64,000 nucleotides of DNA from Candidatus Dormiibacterota bacterium (GCA_036828955.1 DAISRJ010000001.1:69778-133777), one strand, 5' to 3'. Shown: positions 39,048 through 46,667, counted from the stretch's first letter. The notes: generated by a model not told the origin, from the letters alone. Numbers and translations: made by a program.

Positions 39048-39685
39048 TCAGCGAGACGACGCCTCAGCAGATGCGGGCGCCTGGCCCTGGCCACGACGGC
39101 GACGCCCGCAGCCCCGGCATCACCCCCGGAGGCGGCCTCGTGGCGGTGGCGCTCGCGATAGGCCTTCGCCTTGGCGCGGCTCCCGCACGAGCGCATGCTG
39201 CACCACGTCCCGCAGCCGTTCTTGGAGTTGTCGTAGAACGTCCACTGGCAGGTGTCGGAGTGGCACACCTTGAGACGGCGGAAGCTGCCGTCGATGCTGC
39301 CCTGCAGCAGCGCGGCCAGGAGGGCTGCGAGGAAGCCGTCCACGCCGCGTGCGGCGGAGGCGAGGCGGACGCCCCCGGCGCCCACGACGGGGTGTACCGA
39401 GGCCGCGTCGAGCAGCTTGCCTAGCCTGGTCGCGGCGTGGGCCGGCAGGCTCAGGCCGCTGTTGACGCCAATCAGCGTGCGGAGGTGTTCGCGTGTTTCC
39501 ACGAGGCGGCGGCGTTGGGACTCGTCCGGGTTGACCTCGAAGCCGTGGGCGTCGAGCCAGGTCACTGCGGCGGGGATGTCGGTCAGCTCGTCGTAGCCGC
39601 CGGGCAGCTCCGCAGTGTTCACGAAGTCCTGGACCAGCGCAAGCGGCCCTGGGGCCGGCTCCCGCGTGGTCGGGGTCTCATCCAT
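39044..39685 (-). CDS. CGNR zinc-finger (ABATE-type) putative regulator
   Basis: C-terminal C-x4-C...WCSMRSCGSRAKAKAYRERH (a CGSR variant of the CGNR motif). Confidence 0.85.
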   Translation of the reverse strand: MDETPTTREPAPGPLALVQDFVNTAELPGGYDELTDIPAAVTWLDAHGFEVNPDESQRRRLVETREHLRTLIGVNSGLSLPAHAATRLGKLLDAASVHPVVGAGGVRLASAARGVDGFLAALLAALLQGSIDGSFRRLKVCHSDTCQWTFYDNSKNGCGTWCSMRSCGSRAKAKAYRERHRHEAASGGDAGAAGVAVVARARRPHLLRRRLAE

Positions 39686-39721
39686 CGCCGCAATCCTCTC
39701 TACTCGTCACCGCTGTAATGG

Positions 39722-39768
39722 CTTGACAGGTGACGTGGTGTGGGGGTATAGTATCACCACTGACAAGG
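39722..39768 (+). promoter_or_regulatory. Near-consensus promoter (TTGACA-18 nt-TATAGT) bracketed by an imperfect inverted repeat
   Basis: TTGACA at 39723..39728 and TATAGT at 39747..39752. Arms CTTGACAGGTGACG (39722..39735) and ATCACCACTGACAAGG (39753..39768). Confidence 0.6.
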
Positions 39769-39796
39769 TTTCGTCGGTGATGCAAGGAGACTCCAG

Positions 39797-39952
39797 ATGA
39801 TGAACACACAGTTGTATGAGCTGGCTCAGGTTCGCGAGCAGGAACACATGATCGCAGCCACCACCCGCCGGGGTGGCTACCGCCGCGGCAACCGCATGAT
39901 CGTGGGTGTCGCGCGCCGCCTGCGCCGGCGCGGCCAGTCCGAGCAGAGCTGA
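39797..39952 (+). CDS. Unannotated 51-aa basic protein (below the track cutoff)
   Basis: AAGGAG 7 nt upstream of ATGATG. Product MMNTQLYELAQVREQEHMIAATTRRGGYRRGNRMIVGVARRLRRRGQSEQS. 43 of 51 codons end in G/C by my count. About 45 nt downstream of the promoter above. Confidence 0.5.
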   Translation: MMNTQLYELAQVREQEHMIAATTRRGGYRRGNRMIVGVARRLRRRGQSEQS

Positions 39953-40175
39953 ATCGCCGGGGCCGTTGACGAGCCGGGATCGGCGGAGCTGACACTCCAC
40001 CGTTTCCTGCTCGGCCGGCCCCGCGACAGCGGCGGGCGTGCCGGCACGGCACGGCCGGCGTGGTAGCCTGCGTGACGGCGGTGAGGCGTCGAAACGCGTT
40101 GTGGTGGAAAGCCCCTCGGCTTCGACTCCCATTCGCTTCCCCGGCGACTTTGAACGTGATGGCAAGGAGGAACCC

Positions 40176-41204
40176 ATGAGCGTGTTCCGGCGCTTCAGCA
40201 ACATTTTCCAGGAGAAGAGCAACGCCGCCCTCGATCGCATGGAGGACCCGTCCCAGGCAATCGACCTCTCTTACCAGCAGCTCCTCGAGCAGCAGCAGAA
40301 GCTCCGCACCGCGCTGGTCGAGGCCACCACCGGGCAGAAGCGGCTGGAGAACCAGGCCGCGGACATGGACAAGCGTATCGCCCAACTCAACACCTCGGCG
40401 CAGCAGGCGATGCAGGCCGGCAAGGAGGATCTCGCCACCCAGGCGCTCACCCAGGCAGAGGTGCTCGGCCAGCAGCGGCAGGCAATTGATCCCCAGATCC
40501 AGTCGATCAGGGCCCAGGTGGCCAAGCTGCAGCAGGCGATCCAGAAGTACCAGGCCAAGGTGACCGCTTTCGCCAACCAGCGCGAGTCGATGAAGGCGTC
40601 CTACGAGGCGTCGAAGGCGACCAGCAGCGCCGGGGACACGCTCGCCGGCATCGGGGAGCACACCTCCGACGCGGCGATGATGATGCAGCGCGCCCAGGAC
40701 AAGATCGCACGCACCCAGGCCCACGCTGACGCGGTGGACTCGCTGCTCGACAGCGGCGTCCTCGACGCGCCCCTGCTCGGCGGCGCCTCCACCCTCGACG
40801 ACCAGATCACCGCCACCGTGGTCGACAGCAACGTGCAGGCGAAGCTGGCGGCGATGAAGTCACAGCTCGGCCTGTCAGCGCCTGCACATGCGCCGCAGCT
40901 CGAGGCGTCCGGCATCGTGGTTCGCATCCACGGCGACGACCAGTACCGCCTGGACGCGTCCGCCCGGCCTGAGCTCGACGGCTTCGACCACCGCCTCATC
41001 GCAGCGGTGCGGGCCGACGACGACGCGGCGTACCACGCGGCACTGGGCGACGTCACCGCGTTCGTGAAGTCGAAGGGCATGGCCCTGCCGCACGGCGACC
41101 TCACGGCCAGCACCATCATCCTGCCCAGCGACGACATGTCCCTCGACGAGGTCACCTCGATGCTGCAGCAGGAGAACTGGATGGGCGAGCCGGCCGCGAC
41201 GTAG
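40176..41204 (+). CDS. pspA: PspA/IM30 family protein with a C-terminal PspAA-like extension
   Basis: AGGAGG RBS. MSVFRRFSNIFQEKSNAALDRMEDPSQAIDLSYQQL parallels the E. coli PspA N-terminus. Long coiled-coil region. The last 97 aa (40911..41201) begin GIVVRIHGDDQYRLD. Confidence 0.88.
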   Translation: MSVFRRFSNIFQEKSNAALDRMEDPSQAIDLSYQQLLEQQQKLRTALVEATTGQKRLENQAADMDKRIAQLNTSAQQAMQAGKEDLATQALTQAEVLGQQRQAIDPQIQSIRAQVAKLQQAIQKYQAKVTAFANQRESMKASYEASKATSSAGDTLAGIGEHTSDAAMMMQRAQDKIARTQAHADAVDSLLDSGVLDAPLLGGASTLDDQITATVVDSNVQAKLAAMKSQLGLSAPAHAPQLEASGIVVRIHGDDQYRLDASARPELDGFDHRLIAAVRADDDAAYHAALGDVTAFVKSKGMALPHGDLTASTIILPSDDMSLDEVTSMLQQENWMGEPAAT

Positions 41205-41216
41205 GCGCTGCCGGGC

Positions 41217-42071
41217 TCAATCCGCCTGCGGTGGCGTAGAAGCTCCCCCGGCGGCGCCGCCATGAGCACCGGGCGCATCGTTCAGCGGCAGCACCATCTT
41301 CGGGTTGATGCGGCGATGACCGTCGCCCGCCATGCGGACCGTGGTCCCGATGGCGAGGAACTCGATGACGTGGCTGCCCCAGAGGTGGGACTGCTGCTCG
41401 ATGCGCATGGCCACGACGCCGAGCGCGCCGGTGCCACGAACCTCCTCCTGCATGCGCGTCATGGCCAGCTCTCGCGCCTCGTAGAGAGCCGCCGTGTAGT
41501 TGCTCAGCTCGACGTTCTGTGTCGCCTGACCGACCCAGGTGCTCAGGCCCTGGTGAGCGATGTGGTACACGCACGCGCCGAACGCGAGGTCGACGGGTGT
41601 GTAGCCGGCGCGCACGAGCAGGTAGAGGTCCTGGCCGGAGAGGTCGCTGAGCCAGGGCCGTCCGGGGCGTTCCGAGGTGGTCGCCACGGCCGTGCCCAAC
41701 GCCACGAACTCCGCGAGGTGCTCGCTGCCGCGGTCGATGCGCACCTCGAGCTTGAGCCCGATGACGCCGTGGGCGCCGATCTTGGCGGCGTGCGTCTGCA
41801 TCCGCCGGATGGCGTCGGCGCGGGCGGCGTACATGACCTGGGTGAGGCCGGTCATCTCCTCGTTGTTGCTCCAGTTCTGGTACTGGATGCCGATGTGGTA
41901 GACGCCGCAGCCGATGACGAGACCGCGGGGCTCGTAGCCGACCTCTTTCAGCAACACCGCCTCGTCGACGGAGAGGTCGCTGCTGAAGCGACGGCCCTGG
42001 TGGCGCTCTCCCTGGCCGGTGGCGAGGCAGCGCAGTGCCGCGTCGGCGCGCGGATGCGGCATCACAGCCAT
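41217..42071 (-). CDS. Tandem double YbjQ/UPF0145-domain protein (paralogue C)
   Basis: Two modules: FSSDLSVDEA...HGVIGLKLEV...AEFVALGTAV and WLSDLSGQDL...LGVVAMRIEQ...IEFLAIGTTV. Pattern matches E. coli YbjQ (GADAVVGI...SGTAV). The ATG overlaps the upstream stop (TGATG). Confidence 0.8.
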   Translation of the reverse strand: MAVMPHPRADAALRCLATGQGERHQGRRFSSDLSVDEAVLLKEVGYEPRGLVIGCGVYHIGIQYQNWSNNEEMTGLTQVMYAARADAIRRMQTHAAKIGAHGVIGLKLEVRIDRGSEHLAEFVALGTAVATTSERPGRPWLSDLSGQDLYLLVRAGYTPVDLAFGACVYHIAHQGLSTWVGQATQNVELSNYTAALYEARELAMTRMQEEVRGTGALGVVAMRIEQQSHLWGSHVIEFLAIGTTVRMAGDGHRRINPKMVLPLNDAPGAHGGAAGGASTPPQAD

Positions 42072-43045
42072 CAGGACAGCCTCATGATCGGCAGCGGCAC
42101 CTCATCGAGCGCGTCCTTCGCATAGCGGCGCACGGCGGTGCCGACGCAGACCAGCTCGCTGAGCAGGGCGCCGGTGCCCACGGCATGGTTGACGAAGTCG
42201 ATGTCCACGCCCACCGCGCCGTCGGCGTCCACAGCTTCGATCTCCTCCTCGAGGCGTTGAATGCCGAGCAGGCGGGCGGCCTCGATGCCGTCGCTGACCT
42301 GGTCGATGCGAACGTTGTTCCAGGAGCGGAGCAACCACTCTGTGCCGCAGCCGGGGTCGATCTCCACCGCCCCGATGCCGACGACGAGGGCGACGGGCAC
42401 ATAGCCGCCGTGGAGCAGCTTGCTGAACGCAACGCCGTCGAGGTGCGACATGAACGGACGCGCCAGGGCAGGGCCGCCGGTGCGACGGATGGCGGTGCCG
42501 ATGACGGTGAATTCCAGCGAGCTCCCGACGCCCTCGAGGTGCCGTCGAATCAGCCTCACCCCGACGACACCGTGGGCGCCGAGGTCGCGTGCCTCCTCGA
42601 TGATGCGCGCCAGCGCAGCGTCGCGCGCAGCCACGAGGCCATCCTCGTAGGTGGTGTGCTCCCAGTTGAAGCCCCAGCGGTGGTCGGTGCCCATGCCGTA
42701 CCCGTGCGGGCACGGGTATCTCTGCAGGAATCCGACGCGCGCGGGGACGGCTCCTCCTCCGAAGGCCCCCTGGCCGACCGTCATGAAACCCGCATTGCCG
42801 AAGACGTTGTTGTACCCCCACTGCGCGGCGATGCGGTAGACGCTCGAGCCCATCACCATGCCGACCGCCTCAAAACCGGCGTGGCGGATCGCGGAGAGCT
42901 CGGCCACCGACAGGTCGCTCGTCCACGCCGCACCCGGCTGGCGCATCTCCTCGATGCGATCGCGGGCGGCAAGCGGTAGATCGCCTCGTTCGAGGGCGGC
43001 GATGCTCTCCAGCTGGCGTTGCTCGGCGGTGGCGTCGTCAGGCAT
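42071..43045 (-). CDS. Tandem double YbjQ/UPF0145-domain protein (paralogue B, with an insertion in domain 1)
   Basis: WTSDLSVAEL...HGVVGVRLIR...LEFTVIGTAI, plus a more divergent second module ending SELVCVGTAV. ATG at 43045 (the track uses TTG at 43048). TGATG overlap with the upstream stop. Confidence 0.75.
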   Translation of the reverse strand: MPDDATAEQRQLESIAALERGDLPLAARDRIEEMRQPGAAWTSDLSVAELSAIRHAGFEAVGMVMGSSVYRIAAQWGYNNVFGNAGFMTVGQGAFGGGAVPARVGFLQRYPCPHGYGMGTDHRWGFNWEHTTYEDGLVAARDAALARIIEEARDLGAHGVVGVRLIRRHLEGVGSSLEFTVIGTAIRRTGGPALARPFMSHLDGVAFSKLLHGGYVPVALVVGIGAVEIDPGCGTEWLLRSWNNVRIDQVSDGIEAARLLGIQRLEEEIEAVDADGAVGVDIDFVNHAVGTGALLSELVCVGTAVRRYAKDALDEVPLPIMRLS

Positions 43046-43908
43046 CAACGGTCCAGCGAGAGGACCATCTGCGGCTTCTCGATCTCGCGGTCGCCCAGCT
43101 TGCGCACGGCGGTGCCCATGGAGAAGAACTCGATCGTGTGGCTCCCCCAGACGTGCGACTTCTCCTGGATCTGCACGCCGACGATGCCCTCCGCCTTGAG
43201 CTTGCGGGCCTCATCCTGCATGCGTTCCATGGCCAGCTCGCGGGCCTCGTAGAGGGCCTGGGTGAAGTTGGCCATCTCCTTGTTCTGGCCGATGTTGCCG
43301 AGGGCCTGGAACATCCTCTGGTGGGCGACGTGGTACACACACGTGCCCATCACCAGTCCGAGCGGCGCGTGGCCGGATTGGATGAGCGTCCAGAAGTCCT
43401 GGCCGCTCAGGTCGGAGGTGAACGGCTTGCCCTCATTGGTCTTCCAGTTGCTGCCATCCTCGGCAGAGACAGCGGTGCCGAGAGCGATGAACTCGGCGGT
43501 GCCGCGACCCCACTCGTAGAAGCCGACGTCGAGCCGCACACCGACCACGCCGTCGGCGCCGAGGACGGTCGCCTCCTCCTCCATGCGCGCCATGGCCAGT
43601 TCGCGGGCGGCGTACATCGCCTGGGTGAGTGTCTTCACCTCCTGGCTGGAGCTCCAGCTCTTGGTGGTCAGGCCGATGTGGTAGATGCTGCTCCCCACAA
43701 CCAGGCCGCGCGGGTGGAACCCTGCCTCCTTGACGAGCAGGAACTCGTTCACCGACAGGTCGGACGTGAACAGGCCGTCCTTGCCCTGCAACTCGCTGAG
43801 GCGACGCAGCGCGTCCTTGGGGAGGCCTTCGAGGTCCGGCTGCAACGCGGCCGCGGGCTGCTCTGGAGCCGGCGGTGGCGGGGGTGGCGGCGGCGTCTGC
43901 TGGGTCAT
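43045..43908 (-). CDS. Tandem double YbjQ/UPF0145-domain protein (paralogue A) with an N-terminal poly-proline
   Basis: ATG at 43908 with GGAGG RBS. MTQQTPPPPPPPPAPE. Modules FTSDLSVNEF...ADGVVGVRLDV...AEFIALGTAV and FTSDLSGQDF...EGIVGVQIQE...IEFFSMGTAV. Confidence 0.8.
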   Translation of the reverse strand: MTQQTPPPPPPPPAPEQPAAALQPDLEGLPKDALRRLSELQGKDGLFTSDLSVNEFLLVKEAGFHPRGLVVGSSIYHIGLTTKSWSSSQEVKTLTQAMYAARELAMARMEEEATVLGADGVVGVRLDVGFYEWGRGTAEFIALGTAVSAEDGSNWKTNEGKPFTSDLSGQDFWTLIQSGHAPLGLVMGTCVYHVAHQRMFQALGNIGQNKEMANFTQALYEARELAMERMQDEARKLKAEGIVGVQIQEKSHVWGSHTIEFFSMGTAVRKLGDREIEKPQMVLSLDR

Positions 43909-43943
43909 GGGTGGGCAGCCTCCAAAGTCTGCGGTGAGCTCTC

Positions 43944-44336
43944 TCAGGTGACCAGGGAGCGCAGTGCGGCACTCGCCTGGGCGCTGCTCTGCGCTTGGCC
44001 GGCGAGGACGCCGACAAGGGCACGCAGCCATTGGTCGAGGCCGGTCTCCTCGGAGCGCAGGGTGATGCCTCGCACGGCATGAGCGTGGCGGCACATGACC
44101 GCGCCGTGGCGCCACTCGGCCTCGAAGATGTCGTCACCGGCGTGGACGACGATGCGCCTGATCGGGTGGTCCTTCTTGAACAGGCCACCCTCACGCTCCA
44201 ACTCGACGGCGCCCGGCATCGTGTCGACGAGCTTGCCACCCAGCACCTGGAAGAAGACGCCGATGTCGCTGGCGTCGGCGCGGAGAGAGGCGGTGAGCGC
44301 GTCGAGGTCGGGCTCCGACGATGGAACGTCGCTCAT
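43944..44336 (-). CDS. Hypothetical 130-aa protein, paralogue 1 (CRHAHAV motif)
   Basis: Start chosen at MSDVPSS by homology to the neighbouring paralogue. Shares MSDxP...DLDxLxASLxADA...VFFxVL...CRHxHAVxGI...WLRALV...AALRSLVT. Confidence 0.6.
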   Translation of the reverse strand: MSDVPSSEPDLDALTASLRADASDIGVFFQVLGGKLVDTMPGAVELEREGGLFKKDHPIRRIVVHAGDDIFEAEWRHGAVMCRHAHAVRGITLRSEETGLDQWLRALVGVLAGQAQSSAQASAALRSLVT

Positions 44337-44377
44337 CAGCGGTGCGAGTATAGGAGGTGGCCAAACACGGGCACGGC

Positions 44378-44779
44378 CTACGTGACCAGCGAGCGGAGAG
44401 CCGCCGCAGCGGCCGCCGTGGCCTCGACGTCCTGGGCGACGATCGCCACCAGGGCGCGGAGCCATTCGTCGACGCTCACCTCCTTGGACCAGGGAAGTCC
44501 GCCGCCGATGCCGTGCACGGCGTGGATGTGACGGCAGGTGACGCCGCCCGGCCCCTGCTCCGCGGCGAATGTCTCGTCGCCGAGGCGCACGGTCACCTTG
44601 CGGGGCATGCGATGGCTCTTGAGCAGCGCGTGATCACGCTCCACGACCGTGGCCGACGGGAAGGCGGCGAGGAGCTTTTCGCACAGGACACGGAAGAACA
44701 CCGTGGCGTCGCGGGCGTCCGCGTTGAGCGACGCAGCGAGCGTGTCGAGGTCGGTCCCCGGTGCAGGCATGTCGCTCAT
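44378..44779 (-). CDS. Hypothetical 133-aa protein, paralogue 2 (CRHIHAV motif)
   Basis: AGGAGG RBS overlapping the upstream TAG. Collinear similarity to 43944..44336, with an identical C-terminal AALRSLVT. Confidence 0.65.
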   Translation of the reverse strand: MSDMPAPGTDLDTLAASLNADARDATVFFRVLCEKLLAAFPSATVVERDHALLKSHRMPRKVTVRLGDETFAAEQGPGGVTCRHIHAVHGIGGGLPWSKEVSVDEWLRALVAIVAQDVEATAAAAAALRSLVT

Positions 44780-44799
44780 GTCGATGACCGGCCTGCCTC

Positions 44800-45273
44800 C
44801 TAGAGGCGGTACAACCGCTCGCCGCGCCGCATCACCACCTTGGCGCCGAGGCGCCGGGCGTGGCCGCGGATGCGGCGCCCGTCGATGACTGTGCTGCCTG
44901 CCGCGGTGTTGATGTGGGCGGCGATGGCCGCCGACGTGGCGGGCCCAAGCTGCTCCATGGCCGCGCCGACGATCTCATCGGTGACCGGACCGGTCGGTGA
45001 CGCCGACTCGGCGCTCTTGGCGCTGGGCTTCCGAGCCTTCGATGCCTTGCGGGCCGGCTTGGATCGCGGTGATCCGTCCTTCTGAGCGTTGGACGCCTCG
45101 AGGGACGACGCGACAGAGTTGATGAGCTTGGTCAGCTCGCTGACGACGTTGTTGAGGTTGTCGGCCACGACCCGCAGCGTTGCGGGCAGACCCTTGGGGC
45201 TGTTCACGCTGTCCACGGTAGCAGTCAACGAGAGCCGATAGCCGCGCGGCTCGGTAACCGCAAGCACCGTCAT
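44800..45273 (-). CDS. Hypothetical 157-aa protein with a Lys/Ser/Ala-rich linker and a possible wHTH C-terminus
   Basis: First gene of the minus-strand cluster. Linker SPRSKPARKASKARKPSAKSAES. C-terminal AAIAAHINTAAGSTVIDGRRIRGHARRLGAKVVMRRGERLYRL. Confidence 0.6.
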   Translation of the reverse strand: MTVLAVTEPRGYRLSLTATVDSVNSPKGLPATLRVVADNLNNVVSELTKLINSVASSLEASNAQKDGSPRSKPARKASKARKPSAKSAESASPTGPVTDEIVGAAMEQLGPATSAAIAAHINTAAGSTVIDGRRIRGHARRLGAKVVMRRGERLYRL

Positions 45274-45338
45274 CCGCTTTGGTCGCAGACCGGGAACGAC
45301 GCGGTTCAGCGGTGACGCCGGCCCCTATAACCCAAAGC

Positions 45339-46667
45339 ATGTCCCTGCTCCCGACGGACCCAGGTGCGCGCCGGGTACTACTCGCGGGCTGTGCCGGACT
45401 GCTGCTGACACTTCCTGTCCTGGCTCACGACAGCCTCAGTGGCCACCTCGAGCTTGGTTGGATGGCGGTTGCCGCCGGGGTGGCGTTATCCATCGTCGCC
45501 CTGAATCGGCGCAGCCTGCCCGGCCTCCGAACCACCCTGGTCGCGACGGCGATCTGCGTCGCGTTCGCCGTATGCAGCGTCGTGCTGCTCGCCCATACGC
45601 TGGCGTCACCACCGGGCGGCGACCTGCGCTGCCGTGACGACGTCGCCGTCGTCACCTTCGGAGGCGCCGACCAGCTGCGCAGTGGACACAATCCCTACAC
45701 GTCGTACGACGCCCTGCGCACCGCGCAAGCCTACGGCTGTGCCCACATCGCCGCCACTGCGCTGCGCCGTGGGCAGTTCGCCTCCGCGACCGCCGCGCCC
45801 TCCGGCCCTGCGGTGGCCGCAGCCGTGCAAGCCGCACTGCATGACCCGTCCCGGCCCGAAATCGAGCGAAACCTGAACTACCCGAGCGGGAGCTTCCTGC
45901 TCGGCCTGGTCGGTCCGGCCGCGTTTCCCTGGGTGATGGCGCTGCTGTTGGTGGGCGCGCTTGCCCTGACCGTTCGCCGAGCCACCACCGACCGCCGTGC
46001 CGTCGCCCTCGCCCTGGCCGCGCAGGTGGCGCTGCTGGCGCTCATCCCCGACGGGCACACGGATGCTGCTGTGGTGGCCATGCTGCTCATCGCCTGCGCC
46101 AGCCCGACGACCCTGCTGGGTGGCCTCGCGCTCGGCCTCGCCTGCGGCACCAAGCAAACCGCCTGGTTCCTGGTCCCCGCGTTGCTGGCCACCGCCTACG
46201 CGCGCGGCGGTCGTCGCGGTCTGCTGCGTGCCGGCGGCGGTGTCGCCATCGGCTTCGGCACACTCAACCTGCCCTTCGTGTTCATGGGCGCGAGCGCGTA
46301 CATCCACGGCGTCATGGGACCGCTGGTCGACGGGCTCTTCCCCTTGGGCGTCGGTCCGATCGGGCTGGTCACCTCCGGCGTGCTGCCCATCCAGGCGGCG
46401 CCGCTGTTCACCGCGCTGATGCTGTGCTGCGTCGTGGCCTCCGTGCCGGTGGCGCTGCGATGGGACCGCACCCACCCCGGCATCGGCGTGCTGCTCGGCT
46501 CCCTCGCCCTCTTCGTCGGCCCGCGCAGTCTGCTGGAGTACATCGCCGGCGCGGGCGTGCTGGTGGTCTGCGCAACCGCCACGGCGCCACGAGGCGTCGG
46601 GGCGCGGCAGCGTGCGCCAAAGAAGGTGGCCGGGCAGGATTTGAGCCTGCGACCCTTGGAGTCGTGA
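45339..46667 (+). CDS. Polytopic membrane protein, possibly a GT-C/DUF2029-type glycosyltransferase
   Basis: ATG at 45339. More than 10 hydrophobic segments. The family assignment is only an impression. The last ~13 codons run into a tRNA-like fragment. Confidence 0.55.
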   Translation: MSLLPTDPGARRVLLAGCAGLLLTLPVLAHDSLSGHLELGWMAVAAGVALSIVALNRRSLPGLRTTLVATAICVAFAVCSVVLLAHTLASPPGGDLRCRDDVAVVTFGGADQLRSGHNPYTSYDALRTAQAYGCAHIAATALRRGQFASATAAPSGPAVAAAVQAALHDPSRPEIERNLNYPSGSFLLGLVGPAAFPWVMALLLVGALALTVRRATTDRRAVALALAAQVALLALIPDGHTDAAVVAMLLIACASPTTLLGGLALGLACGTKQTAWFLVPALLATAYARGGRRGLLRAGGGVAIGFGTLNLPFVFMGASAYIHGVMGPLVDGLFPLGVGPIGLVTSGVLPIQAAPLFTALMLCCVVASVPVALRWDRTHPGIGVLLGSLALFVGPRSLLEYIAGAGVLVVCATATAPRGVGARQRAPKKVAGQDLSLRPLES

